Shown: positions 1-11,589 of the stretch, piece after piece
Position numbering within the stretch: the first letter of the stretch is position 1
Layout: each line of letters begins with the position of its first letter
NCBI RefSeq assembly: GCF_004010195.1
Contig: NC_057750.1
Location: 10,289,132-10,347,302, forward strand
Reading direction: 5' to 3'
Source of the DNA: Chiloscyllium plagiosum
Lineage: Eukaryota
Length of the DNA stretch: 58,171 nt
Notes under the pieces: model-generated
Database searches by the model: none
What the model saw: the letters and a program-made list of their open reading frames with translations, nothing else
What the model was told of the DNA's origin: nothing
Position numbers and translations under genes: made by a program

Positions 1-28
1 CCTCCCGAAACAGGGTCACTCCAGGTCA

Positions 29-394
<366 letters not shown>

Positions 395-404
395 TCAATT
401 TCCA

Positions 405-472
405 AAGCTTTACTCTGTATCTGGGAGTGTTTGATGGGGACAGTGTCGAGGGAGCTTTACTCTGTATCTGTA
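405..472. repeat. Fragment of a ~65-70 bp satellite-like repeat
   Basis: agctttactctgtatct occurs twice; reverse complement of the units at 9550-9815. Confidence 0.55.
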
Positions 473-800
473 ACACTCTGAAGGACAGAGTGAGCGTAGT
501 CAAACTGGACTACAATTCATGCTCAGCTCACGAACTGTAACCTTTTTGCAAATCAAAGGTATTTTTTTAAAAACCTCAGTGGCTTTGATATAAAGGTTGA
601 CCGCTGATTGAGTGAGACGGGACTGTAACCACTCTCCCTCGCCCTTTCACACATTCATTCCTCCATCCATTCACACCCTCAGTCTCTAACTCACTCATAT
701 ACGCTTGTCTCCCTATCACTCACTCACACTCACTCAGTCTTTCTCTCTGTCATTCGTTCACACACTCAGTTTCTCTCCTTCTCAACCGTTCACTCTCACG

Positions 801-968
801 ATTTGGAGATGCCGGTGTTGGCCTGGGGTGGACAAAGTTAAAAATCACGCAGTGCCAGGCTATAGTCCAACAGGTTGAATTGGAAACTCTGATGAAGGAG
901 CAGCGCTCCGAAAGCTAGTGCTTCCAAATAAGTACTATATAACCTGGTGTTGTGATTTTCAAACTTTG
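801..968. mobile_element. Penelope-like terminal repeat (family B), fold-back pair with hammerhead core
   Basis: Same sequence as the 3' end of the element at 15976-16830, present in both orientations. CTGATGA-A-GGAGC-agc-GCTCC-GAAA-GCTA at 889-917. Confidence 0.65.
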
Positions 969-1083
969 TTCACTCTCACACCCGCTCTCAATTTCTGTCT
1001 CTCTCAGTCTGTGTCTGTGTGTGTGTGTGTGCCTCACTCTCACATTCTCACTCTCACATTCTCAGTGCCCCTCGCCCTCTCAC

Positions 1084-1365
1084 CGTTTCATCCCGCGCTC
1101 TCCGGGGCCGGCTGGACCGTGTGGGTTTGGACGGCTCGCCCCTGCTATAGGGGCACATGCCGCCGGTGGAATAGCTGGTCCCGGGAAGGTTGTAAGGATC
1201 GATGCTGGGCTGGGGGAGAGCTGGAAGTTGAGCCTGAGCCTGAGACTGAGCCGCCGACGAGATGACGGTCGGTTGTACCATCCACTGTAGGTCCTGGCTG
1301 GTGGTGATAGCCGTTAGTGTCGGCACAAACGATCCGGGCATTTCTCCGACTCCCGTGGTACACTC
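1084..1365 (-). CDS. fosb: FosB coding exon 2 (94 codons)
   Basis: [37 protein letters not shown]...[12 protein letters not shown]...RPRRARDET. FosB-type [10 protein letters not shown] and PGTSYST motifs; acceptor ctctcccag|GAG, donor ACG|gtgaga, phase 0/0. Confidence 0.95.
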
Positions 1366-1489
1366 CTGGGAGAGATGGCCGAATATTACAAATACATGGG
1401 GAGAGAATGGGGTGCAGCAATAACCAATGACAGGGACACCCGAAAGTCTAAGTGTCCCGTTGTTACAGCTAAACATGATCCATCACCAC

Positions 1490-1582
1490 ATAGAGTCATA
1501 GAGATGTACAGCAGGGAAACAGACCCTTCGGTCCAACCCGTCCAGATATCCCAACCCAGTCTAGTCCCACCTGCCAGCACCC
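1490..1582 (-). mobile_element. HER1/CR1 LINE 3' end fragment
   Basis: catagagtcatagagatgtacagc...gacccttcggtccaacc; same tail as the longer CR1 copies. Confidence 0.75.
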
Positions 1583-1941
1583 ATCTGCACTGCTCCCCAT
1601 CCCTTCCTAATCAGCCTCTCCAATGAGGGACTTTTGCCCGAAACGTCGATTCTCTTGCTCCTCGGATGCTGCCTGACCTGCTTTTCCAGCATCATACTCT
1701 CTCCCCACAACAATCCCAGTCACAGCCTCCTGCTTATATCACATCCCCAACGCCAGGAGGTTCCGATGTCAATTTCACCCTCCCTCCAGGGTCCAGTTGG
1801 GTAGGTGTGGGGAGAGGGGGAGGTGAGTGAACAAGAGAGAGGTATGGGCTAGTGACAAAAGAAACAGACAATGTTCCAGATTCTGCCTCCTTTCACCTCG
1901 CGGCGAAATGGGACTTTTGCCTGATGCCCCCAATAGTACGG

Positions 1942-2342
1942 AAAATGTGTTGCTGGAAAAGCGCAGCAGGTCAGGCAGCATCCAAGGAACAGGAGAATAG
2001 ACGTTTCGGGCATAAGCCCTTCTTCAGGAATGAGGAAAGTGTGCCCAGCAGGCTAAGATAAAAGGTAGGGAGGAGGGACTTGGGGGAGGGGCGTTGGAAA
2101 TGCGATAGGTGGGAGGAGTCAAGGTGAGGGTGATAGGCCGGAGTGGGGTGGGGGAAGAGAGGTCAGGAAGAAGATTGCAGGTTAGGAAGGCGATGCTGAG
2201 TTCGAGGGATTTGACTGAGACAAGGTGGGGGGAGGGGAAATGAGGAAACTGGAGAAATCTGAGTTCATGACATTTCGGGCAACACATTTTCCAGCAACAC
2301 ATTTTCAGCTCTGATCTCCAGCATCTGCAGTCCTCACTTTCG
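1942..2342 (-). mobile_element. Penelope-like family A 3' region plus short inverted terminal piece
   Basis: Reverse complement of 12550-12880; intact hammerhead core at 1996-2030. Confidence 0.75.
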
Positions 2343-2472
2343 CCCCCAATAGAACCACGAGTGAAGGGGGCTTCACAGGCAAACTCAGCAGGCTCTGGCA
2401 ACGGGAGGGAAAGAGAAAGTGAACATTTCCGACGAAGGGCCGCTCGTCCCGAAACGTCTGCTTTCTCTCCAT

Positions 2473-2758
2473 AGATTAGATTACTTACAGTGTGGAAACA
2501 GGCCCTTCGGCCAAACAAGTCCACACCGACCCGCCGAAGAGCAACCCACCCAGACCCATTCCCCTACATTTACCCCTTCACCTGACACTACGGGCAATTT
2601 AGCATGGCCAATCCACCCTAACCTGCAGGTGTTTGGACTGTGGGAGGAAACCGGAGCACCCGGAGGAAACCCACGCAGACACGGGGAGAATGTGCAAACT
2701 CCACACAGACAGTTGCCTGAGGCGGTAATTGAACCCGGGGTCTCTGGCACTGAGGCAT
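2473..2758 (-). mobile_element. HE1-type V-SINE
   Basis: V-domain tgtgtggagtttgcacattctccccgtgtctgcgtgggtttcc on minus; CR1-like 3' end; (aatct) tail. Confidence 0.85.
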
Positions 2759-4169
2759 GCTGCCAGACCTGATGAGCTTTTGTTTTTGCTTAACATTCGA
2801 GTTTGGATTCTCTTCCTCGGAACCCAATTGCAGATTCGAGGAAGTGTGACACTGGGCCCGAAATGTTAACTGTTGCTCTCACCACAGATGCTGCCGAACA
2901 CTGCTGAATTTCTGCAGCAATTCCTATGTTAGATTCAGATTTCCAGCATTCGTGGGTATTTTTGCTTTTTAATTAAGGGGTCTCGCCAGTCTGGTTGCAT
3001 GCAAGTTAACATGAAAGATCAACAAACATTTGATAACAGTTTCCCCTATTTGATAACAGTTACTTGTCCTCCCTGGATCCCAGTTTTTATTCCTATCTCA
3101 CTGCATCCAGCACTACTATTCTGCTTCTTACATCCTAAGTCCTGGCGGCCCAGGAGATGAGACTGTAAGAGGGACAGTTCCGCGCTTGGCCGTTAGGGGA
3201 CGCCTTCATCGCTGTCAGTGAGGGAGCTTTCCAAACCACATCGCTTTCTGCTCATTTTTGCGTCTAATTGAGACTCGTGTCGTCAGAATGAGAAAATCTT
3301 TTTTTCCCCCCTCATTAAATGCCGCCACACCGCGATACCAAAATCTTAGAGAGAGCCTCGCCCACGCATCCCTACCCCACCCCCACATTTTGTGGACACT
3401 CTACCCACACACACTTTCTTACTCCCAAACCAGACCAAGAAAAGCTTCCCTACAAAACCTTGGTAGATTAGTGACAGTTTCCACGCAGCTGCAGTTTTAC
3501 GCCCACGGGAAAAGCCAAGAGGTGAAATGATCGCCTCCAGTATATCTATTGTTTTGGGGTTAGACGAGGGAGATTGTCCCCCGTCCGTGACTACTAGAAG
3601 CCCGATTAATTCTGCTGCACCTTCTGTGTCTAACTGTTTGTTAAAATTTAGGATAGGAACATTTTACTGCCAAAACCGAAATACACCGTTGAGATCAAGC
3701 AGGATTTAAAATGGAACAAACGATACCAGCAAGTGCTAGAGAAACTCAGCAGTTCTGGCAATATTTGAGGACGTGCCGGTGTTGGACTGGGGTGGACAAA
3801 GTTAAAAATCGCACAACACCAGGTTACAATCCAACAGGTTTATTGGGAGCGTTTGTGGTGAGAGGGTAACGAGATGTGTTCTTTGAGCAAAAATAAATAA
3901 ACTGCTGATGCTAGAGATCAAACTAAAAACAGAAATTGCTGAAAAAAACTCATCCAAGAATAAAACACAAACTAAAAACAGAAATTGCTGGATAAAAGCT
4001 CAGCAGATCTGTGGCAGGAAATAAAGCAGAGTGACGCTTCTTCAGAACTGGACACGGATGAGTCTTCCCAGCAATTTCTGTTTTGTTTGAGATTTAGTCT
4101 CGGATCTCCAGTATCCATAATTCTCGGACTGGAAGGTGCGGTGAGTTAGAGGGAGCATTGCAAACGCAA

Positions 4170-4700
4170 GCATCGAGATGCTGGGCGGCTTGCAAGAGAT
4201 CCCCCGTCTCCTCTTGCGTCCCCGGGCTACAACTGTCAATCAAAAGCCGTCCATTCATAAAACTGAGCGAAAAAAAAAAGGGCGCGCAGGCCGTGAGAGC
4301 GAGGGAAGGAAGCTGGGAGGGGGCGGGGCCTGGAGCCCCGTGCATGGTATGCTAATATCCCAGGCGCGCGTTGACGGCGTGGGGTTGCCTAGCAACGTTC
4401 CAAAATAGAACGTCGCCGACGTCAGCGCGTCGCGGTGAGGGGGGGGGGGAGGGCGTGCGTGCGTAACGTCAGCAGGAGCATTCCAATACGTCAACCTCCT
4501 TACGCACCTCACCCGGACCCAAACGGCCAGCTTTTCCAAGTCGGCTGGAAATCGATGCAACTGATCGATAAATCGATTCTAACTGATGCCATCGCGGAAA
4601 TGCAACGCCTCGGACACACTCGTCAATTGCACGGGGCGCGCCAACTGATTTTCTTTTTGCAACAACGGCCCTTCAACTAACCGCCGCCGCTTGCACCAGA
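4170..4700. promoter_or_regulatory. CpG-rich regulatory island in fosb intron 1
   Basis: High CpG density; GC box ~4320-4329; X-box GTTGCCTAGCAAC 4384-4396; ACGTCA sites at ~4419, ~4466, ~4488; CCAAT 4483-4487. Confidence 0.65.
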
Positions 4701-4979
4701 TTGTGTGACATTAGCGCAGGGATCAGTCACCGAGGTGCTGCCAAAACATCTGCTTGCCTCAATTGTAAAAAGGTAAAAGGAAGAGGAGGTTTGGGGTGGG
4801 TGAATGTCAGTGGAAAGTTTGGATTCCGGTCCTTTTACTATTATTCCCTTTTAAAGAGGCACAACCAGACCTCCCGCACAGAGCATGCAAACTAACCAAG
4901 ACAGGCAGCTACCCGAAATCTCTTCCCCACCCACCCACCCCTCAACAAACTGGGGGGAAAAAAAAGTTAATTCATTTAC

Positions 4980-5108
4980 CTGGGCTGTGGTGGTCGGACT
5001 GCCCACGCTCTGGCTGAAGGAGTCCACGGATGACAGGTACTGAGGCTCCGAAGGGGAGGAACTGCAGCGGGAAGCCGAGTCAAAGTCGCCTGAGAATCCC
5101 TGGTACAT
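4980..5108 (-). CDS. fosb: FosB coding exon 1 (43 codons)
   Basis: Translates to MYQGFSGDFDSASRCSSSPSEPQYLSSVDSFSQSVGSPTTTAQ, matching the FosB N-terminus (MFQAFPGDYDSGSRCSSSPSAESQYLSSVDSF). Ends at phase-0 donor CAG|gtaaat. Confidence 0.95.
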
Positions 5109-5269
5109 GTCCTCCCAGTCGGTGATGACCCAGGATTTGTCGCCCCTCGGATCCAGTTTCTGGGCTTTTGTTTCCCCTTTCTATTGTATGTATAGTCTGA
5201 GTGGAAATAAAACGCGTTGCTGCTGCTACTGCTGCTGCTGTAGTAGTTCCTCGGTGCTGCCGCTCTCTT

Positions 5270-5612
5270 TATGAATGAATCCAGATCCTCGGCTGTCTTC
5301 TTTTATATACTCGCTGTTCTTCTGACGTCAGGTGGAATAGCAACACACCGAGAGGGGGGAGGGAGGCAAAACGGGCAAATTCCGACTGGAAGCTGAGACC
5401 TAGATACCCACCAGACTGGCAGGAGTGAGGCAGACAGAGCTAATGCTGCTGATCGCCCGCTTGCAGCCTGCCCACTGCCCTTTATTGCGGGGAAAAGGCG
5501 ATAAAATCCCTTTCGGCGAGGTAGCTCCGCCCATCCGGGATCCCTGACGTACATGCCCAAATATGGAACTGTGTAGCGCGCTGTTTACTGGTAACCAAGC
5601 AATGACGTCAGA
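5270..5612 (-). promoter_or_regulatory. fosb immediate-early promoter
   Basis: TATATAAAA on minus at ~5301-5309; TGACGTCA at 5323-5330 and 5603-5610; CArG CCATATTTGG at 5557-5566; CRE/AP-1-like half site 5545-5551; Ets-like CCGGATG ~5532-5538. Probable TSS ~5277. Confidence 0.85.
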
Positions 5613-7527
5613 GGGAATCCCTCTCTAGACAGCAGCTTTATCAGAAAGGCAAGTTTTTAAAATAGAAACCCGAGCTTTATTTTTATAATAGAAGCAATAA
5701 ATTTATCCTTTTTCGAATTGTGGGGGTGATCGACATCCTCGCCTCGGGGCGCAGGCCCCGTTACCTCCTCTGATCCAAAGCGGAGGATTGGGCTGCAAGG
5801 GGACGCTCTTTCTGGGATCTTGCTGTGCGCACACCGTTGCCCTTTTTACGACGGGTCAGCACCTCCCCCACCCCACACAAACATTATTTAATTGAATTGA
5901 CAGGCAGAGAAAGGAGTCGATCCACCCTCCGCTAAAATGCCGATTTTTTACCAAATGAAACTTTTGTTTTTCGAAATGTAAAATATTCCTTGTTTATCTT
6001 TCTTCCTTCTTGAACTCCTGTCCCCAATTCTTCCAACCCAGAGGTCAGAGCGACAAAGAACACAATTTGTCATCTCCTAAGTAGGAATTGTCTTTGCACA
6101 AAAATTGTTTGTCAGTAACGCCCCTCCAAACCATGGCTTTCAATAGCCAACCAGTAGTTATATTTTTTCAAGACTTTGCCTTATTTCAGTAAATTGCGTT
6201 TGTGGATTTGTCTGCTGTCTGTGTTTGTGGTTTGTATTCTAACTGTGAAAAGTAATCCCCTTGTTTGTTTTTGCAAGCAGAGAGCTCCTCCAACTGCCTC
6301 TCTCACTTTCGCCTTTCCACAGACACTTGTATTTACATTCCAAGAGTGAGCAGTCAGTCATTGGGCGTTCTGACTTTGTGAGAACGCGGCCTTGATTGAG
6401 AACGGAACACACACGTGGGTTTCCTGTAAACGGCTGAGCGACTGAGTTGAGATAAAGCCAGTTTGACATTCAGGACCGCTTCGTGAAAAAAAACATCACG
6501 GTCCCTACAAAGACAGAAAGTATTATTCAACTACTGGAAACATGTTCATTGATAAGAAACATTGATCGTGTCAAGCCGTTCAGACTTGCATTTACCTAGC
6601 GCCTTGCATGGCACTATGGGCGTTGCAACTAATAAAGTACTTTCCGCTGTTAGGAATCAACTTTGCACACCAGGCAAGATGGGGTCATGAGAATTAGGAA
6701 AAGGAGGAGGCATCCCTCCATCTAACTCCATGTGTTCTCCCCACCCACCCCCTTCGCTTCCAATAAGCCTTGATTCCTAGCTTGCTCCGCCATTCAATAA
6801 AACCCTGGTGTCCATGTACCTGCAGGGTCAATTGGCAGGGGAGTGGGAAGAGGCCATAGACAGAGAGATACCATAGACACAGTGGGCTGAATGGCCAGTG
6901 CTTATAAGTGTGCTGGGATTCTGCTGGCTTATCTGCACCAGAGGCTGGTGAGGCAATGGGACAATTCCTGCTCAGGATGACCCAAATCCCAAACCTTCAG
7001 CCAACACAATAGCAATCCCAGATGGGAACTTGGGATCTTCCTACCCTTTTTGTGAAGTTCGTTGTTAACACTGTACAAAGAGATAAACCAATGCAAATTT
7101 CCAAGTAGATTAGATTTTAGTGCCTAAGATTTTGTACAGAGGTACCTTTACACCTAAGATGGCACCAGGAATGGCATCATTGTACTTGAGTACATGTAAA
7201 ATCTAATTCTAATTCCTTTTAATTCAATTGGAAACATTAATGGAACAAACCAATACTTGAGAAATGGTAATATACCATTTACCATGGAACTGTAAAGCTA
7301 TCGGCTACAAAACAAGTTCGACTGAGAGGAAATCACAAGATGCCCTTCCTGTTTTGTTTCAGTACCATCCCTTAAATGATGATTGTGGAGCCCTTTGCAT
7401 TAATGGGCAGATTTTGTAGGCAGCTAAATTGCTATCCTCCTTTGTTGGGGGATAGCAGCTCAGTTGTGAATACCAATAGGATAGGGTTAGGAACCACACA
7501 ACCAAGTTTGTCAATTAAACAATGATT

Positions 7528-7650
7528 CCTGAAGAAGGACTTATGCCTGAAACGTCGATTCTCCTGCTCCTTGGATGCTGCCTGACCCTTTTCCAGCAAC
7601 ACATTTTTCAGCTCTGATCTCCAGCATCTGCAGTCCTCACTGTCTCCTAA
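7528..7650 (+). mobile_element. Solo Penelope-like terminal repeat (family A) with TSD
   Basis: Begins at the hammerhead core; flanked by aaacaatgatt at 7517-7527 and 7653-7663. Confidence 0.7.
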
Positions 7651-7899
7651 TAAAACAATGATTGCATGCCATACCAATAGAAACATAACATCACAAAGGG
7701 GTATTAGTGGATTGAGCGAATATGTCAGAACTGTGTCAAATGTCACAGCAAGTGTGAGCCCTCCTGCATTGGGTTCCTAAAATGATTGAATCTCTTAATA
7801 AAAAAATTGAAGGTGCAGAGAGCCTTAGGAGTCCATGTGTGCATTTATCAATAAAACGTCAAAAGGAAAGATTGAACATGGTCGGCCTGCATTCTTTGA

Positions 7900-8600
7900 A
7901 TCATTGAATCCCTACAGTGTGGAAGCAGGCCATTCAGCTCATTGAGTCCACACCAGCCCTCTGAAGAGCAGCCCGCTAGACTCACCCTGTAACCCTGCAT
8001 TTCCCATGGCTAACCCACCTAGCCTGAATATCCCTAGATGCTATGGGCAATTTAGCATAGCCAATCAACCTAATGGCATGGTGGCTCAAAGTGCCAGAGA
8101 CCCAGGTTCGATTCCAACATCGGGTGACTGTCTGTGTGGAGTTTGCACATTCACCCCAGGTGTTCTGGTATCCTCCCAAAGTCCAACGATGTGCAGGTTC
8201 GGTGAATTGACCATGCTAAACTGTCCACAGTGTTCAGGGATGTGTAGGTTGGGTGCATTAATCAGGGGTTAAACGTAGAGGAATGGGTCTGGGTGGGTTA
8301 CTCTTCAGAGAGCCGGTGTGAGCTTGTTGGGCCGAAGGGCTTGTTTCCACACTGTAGGGGGTTCTATGATTCTAACCTGCACATCTTTGGGCTTTGGGAG
8401 ACAACTGGGACACATGGGGGAAACCCACGTAGAACGTGCAAACTCCACACAGACAGTCACCAAGCCTTCCCCCAATCCCAGAACTCTCTCAGATCTTCTC
8501 TCTGCTCCCCACCATCCCCGTTCCCACCTTTTCAGTTCTCACCAAGGGGTTTCAACAACACTAGGAGGCAGCAGTGCTAGCCACTGAGCCACAGTGCCAC
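7900..8600. mobile_element. Nested HE1 SINEs (plus copy ~8075-8370 inside a minus copy)
   Basis: tRNA-like head, V-domain and tail present in both orientations. Confidence 0.8.
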
Positions 8601-8603
8601 ATT

Positions 8604-8995
8604 GGAGTTCAGAAGGAGAGGTGACCTTATTGAGTCATAGAAGATCCTGAGGGGGCTTGATAGGGCAGGTGCTAAAAGGATGTTTTCCCTCATGGGGGAA
8701 TCTAGAGCCAGGGAGCACAGTTCAATGGTAAGAGGTGTCCTACTTAAAATGGCCCTTTAGGAGCCCCTAGGAAATTCTTCTCTCATAGTGTTGTTAGTTT
8801 GTGGAATTCTCTCTTCCAGAGAACAGTGGAGGCTGAATAGATTCAAGACTGAGTTAGATTTGATTATCAAGGGACTCAAAGGTTATTGGAAGTGGGGGGT
8901 AAGCACATGTGGAATTAGATTAAGGCACCATTAGATCTTATTGATTGGCAGAGCAGGGTTCAAAGGGCTGAATGGCCTCCTCATATTTCTTATGT
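8604..8995 (+). mobile_element. CR1 LINE 3' fragment
   Basis: Degenerate RRRGDLIE.Y.IL.GLDR C-terminus and gggctgaatggcct tail. Confidence 0.7.
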
Positions 8996-9549
8996 AACAA
9001 AAGATCAAAGCGCTCCTCACAATGCTGGCCTCTACATCTCAGAGTCTAATCATAGAAAGAAGAAGAAAACATGCTACAGTTATAAAAAAAACCTTGGTTC
9101 CATTATACCTGGAGTATTGTGTTCAGCCTGGGCATCAATTCTTAGGAAGGGTGCAGCAGCCTCAAGGGAGTGCAATATAGATTTACCAGAAATATTTGCC
9201 AAAATTCCAAGGGTTAAGTTATGAGGAGCGATTACACAAATTAATGTTTTATTCCCTGGAGTCTGGAAGATCAAAGCAGTGATTTCATTGTACAATTTAT
9301 TAAGGGGAACAGAAGAGGTAGATAGTGAGAAATTATTTCTGCAGATTGGATAATTGAAGAGTTGTTCAGGAGTGAAGTTTGGGAACACTTCAGCACACCA
9401 GGGAATTTTGGAACTCTATTAAATGAAATAAGCCGGCAATTAAATGAAATGGGACAAAAGATAGTATATTGAGTGAAAACATGGAGCATTTAGACTTCAG
9501 AGGCGAAATGATCTCTCCTAGCTTCTATCATCATTTAGACAATCAGTAT

Positions 9550-9815
9550 CAGTCTGAAATGCAGAGTAATGCTTCCTCTACACTGTCCTCATCAAACACT
9601 CCCAGAACAAGGACAACACAGGATTAGATACAGAGTAACACTCCCTTGACTGTTTATACTGAAAATAAAGCTCTGTTAACATTGACTCCATCAAATACTC
9701 CTCATGCAGGTACAGCATGGGGTTACGTACAGGATAAAGCTCCTTCTACATGGTTCCCATCACACACTCCCACAACAGGTACAGCACTGATGCAGAGTAA
9801 AGCTCTCCCTACTCT
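9550..9815. repeat. Degenerate tandem repeat, ~65-70 bp unit
   Basis: Recurring cagagtaaagctcc / catcaaacactccc / aggtacagca blocks. Confidence 0.6.
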
Positions 9816-10507
9816 ACAACGTATTTTTATATACTATTCAAACCACCCTGTGACGTCCCTGTATTTATATTGTTAATTATTGCTAAATCAATTAAAGCAC
9901 AACTTCCCTCAGTGCGTGGGGGCTGGGTGGGGGTGTCGGTGGAGGACACTAAGTGGGGTTACAAGCTGAAATTTAGAGTCATGAGACTGAGGCAGCAATG
10001 ACCACCACAGGGCTCTGAGCCTTCCCCCAATCCCATAACTCTCTCAGATCTTCTCTCTGCTCCCCACAATCCCCATTCCCACCTTTTCAGTTCTCACCAA
10101 AGGGTTTCAACAATGTATATGTCTTCAATTGGGGTCATAATTGGAAAAAGTTTGGGAAACACCGAATTATAGTATGACATTTACTAGGAATTAGATTGAA
10201 ATTGTCCAACTTCATTTCACATCCCAGCGTTTGACAGAAATTTCAAATCCATTGGTTTGTATTCAAATTGAACCAACATCCCAAAAATGAAAGGGCAGTG
10301 TCTGTTCTGCCAATCAGTTCCCCAATGACCCTTCATATTACACCTAATGGGTTTATAATTCTAGGAGAGCAATTTGAACATGTTTTTACACCTTTTTGTG
10401 AACAGTGAGAGATGGATTCATTGTGTATTGTCTTCTCACACTGCTCTCTAACTGATACAGCAAAGCTTCTAGAAGTTGAAAGTTCAGTAGGTACATTTCT
10501 AAGATAC

Positions 10508-10899
10508 ACTTAAGAGGTATTTGGATGAGTATATGAATAGGAAGGGTTTGGAGGGATATGGGCCGGGTGCTGGCAGGTAGGACTAGATTGGGTTGGGATA
10601 ACTGGTCAGCATGGACGAGTTTGACCGAAGGGTCTGTTTCCGTGCTGTACATCGCCTCAGGCGACTGACTGTGTGGAGTTTGCACATTCTCCCCTTGTCT
10701 GCGTGGGTTTCCTCCGGGTGCTCCGGTTTCCTCCCACAGTCCAAAGATGTGCAGGTCAGGTGAATTGGCCATGCTAAATTGTCCGTAGTGTTAGGTAAGG
10801 AATAAATGTAGGGGTATGGGTGGTTTGCACTTCGGCGGGTCAGTGTGGACTTGTTGGGCCGAAGGGCCTGTTTCCACACTGTAAAGTAATCTAATCTAA
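10508..10899 (+). mobile_element. HER1/CR1 3' end followed by 5'-truncated HE1
   Basis: CR1 tail to ~10652, then V-domain and (aatct)n tail. Confidence 0.8.
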
Positions 10900-11013
10900 G
10901 ATATCTGAGGTGTAGTGACCATCAGACACAGTCTGCTGGGAATGGCATTGCTTTTAATGTCTAATGCCTCTACTGTCTGACTCATCCCTCTCTAAGGCTC
11001 ACATTGGCTAATT

Positions 11014-11362
11014 AGTCATAGTCATAGAGTCATAGAGATGTACAGCATGGAAACAGACCCTTCGGTCCAACCCGTCCATGTTGACCAGATATCCCAACCC
11101 AATCTAGTCCCACCTGCTAGCACCTGCCCCATATCCCTCCAAACCCTTCCTATTCATATACCCATCCAAATACCTCTTAAATGTTGCAATTGTACCAGCC
11201 TCCACCACTTCCTCTGGCAGCTCGTTCCATACCCATACCACCCTCTGCGTGAAAGAGTTGCCCCTTAGGTCTCTTTTATATCTTTCCCCTCTCACCCTAA
11301 ACCTATGCCTTCTAGTTCTGGACACCCGAACCCCAGGGAAAAGACTTTGTCTATTTACCTTT
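11014..11362 (-). mobile_element. HER1/CR1 LINE 3' fragment
   Basis: RDLRGNSFTQRVVWVWNELPEEVVEAGTIATFKRYLD on minus; (catagagt) tail. Confidence 0.85.
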
Positions 11363-11397
11363 CTAATGTCAAACTGTCTTATGACCTTATTATCTGA

Positions 11398-11556
11398 CTG
11401 GGAGAAAGTGAGGACTGCAGATGGTGGAGCTGAAAAATGTGTTGCTGGAAAAGCGCAGCAGATCAGGCAGTATCCGAGGATGAATCTGATCCAAGATTCT
11501 CCTGCTCCCTGGATGCTGCCTAACCTGCTGCGCTTTTCCAGCAACACATTTTTCAG
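11398..11556. mobile_element. Fold-back Penelope-like terminal repeat pair with 12-bp TSD
   Basis: Inverted arms; cttattatctga at 11386-11397 and 11557-11568. Confidence 0.7.
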
Positions 11557-11589
11557 CTTATTATCTGATTCCCTTGTTGCCTCTAAATT

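Noticed and set aside
2419..2827. Recurrent short ORFs (WSLHILPVSAWVSSGCSGFLPQSK, CCWKSAAGQAAS and similar)
   Set aside because: Translations of HE1 SINEs and Penelope-like terminal repeats, recurring throughout the window.
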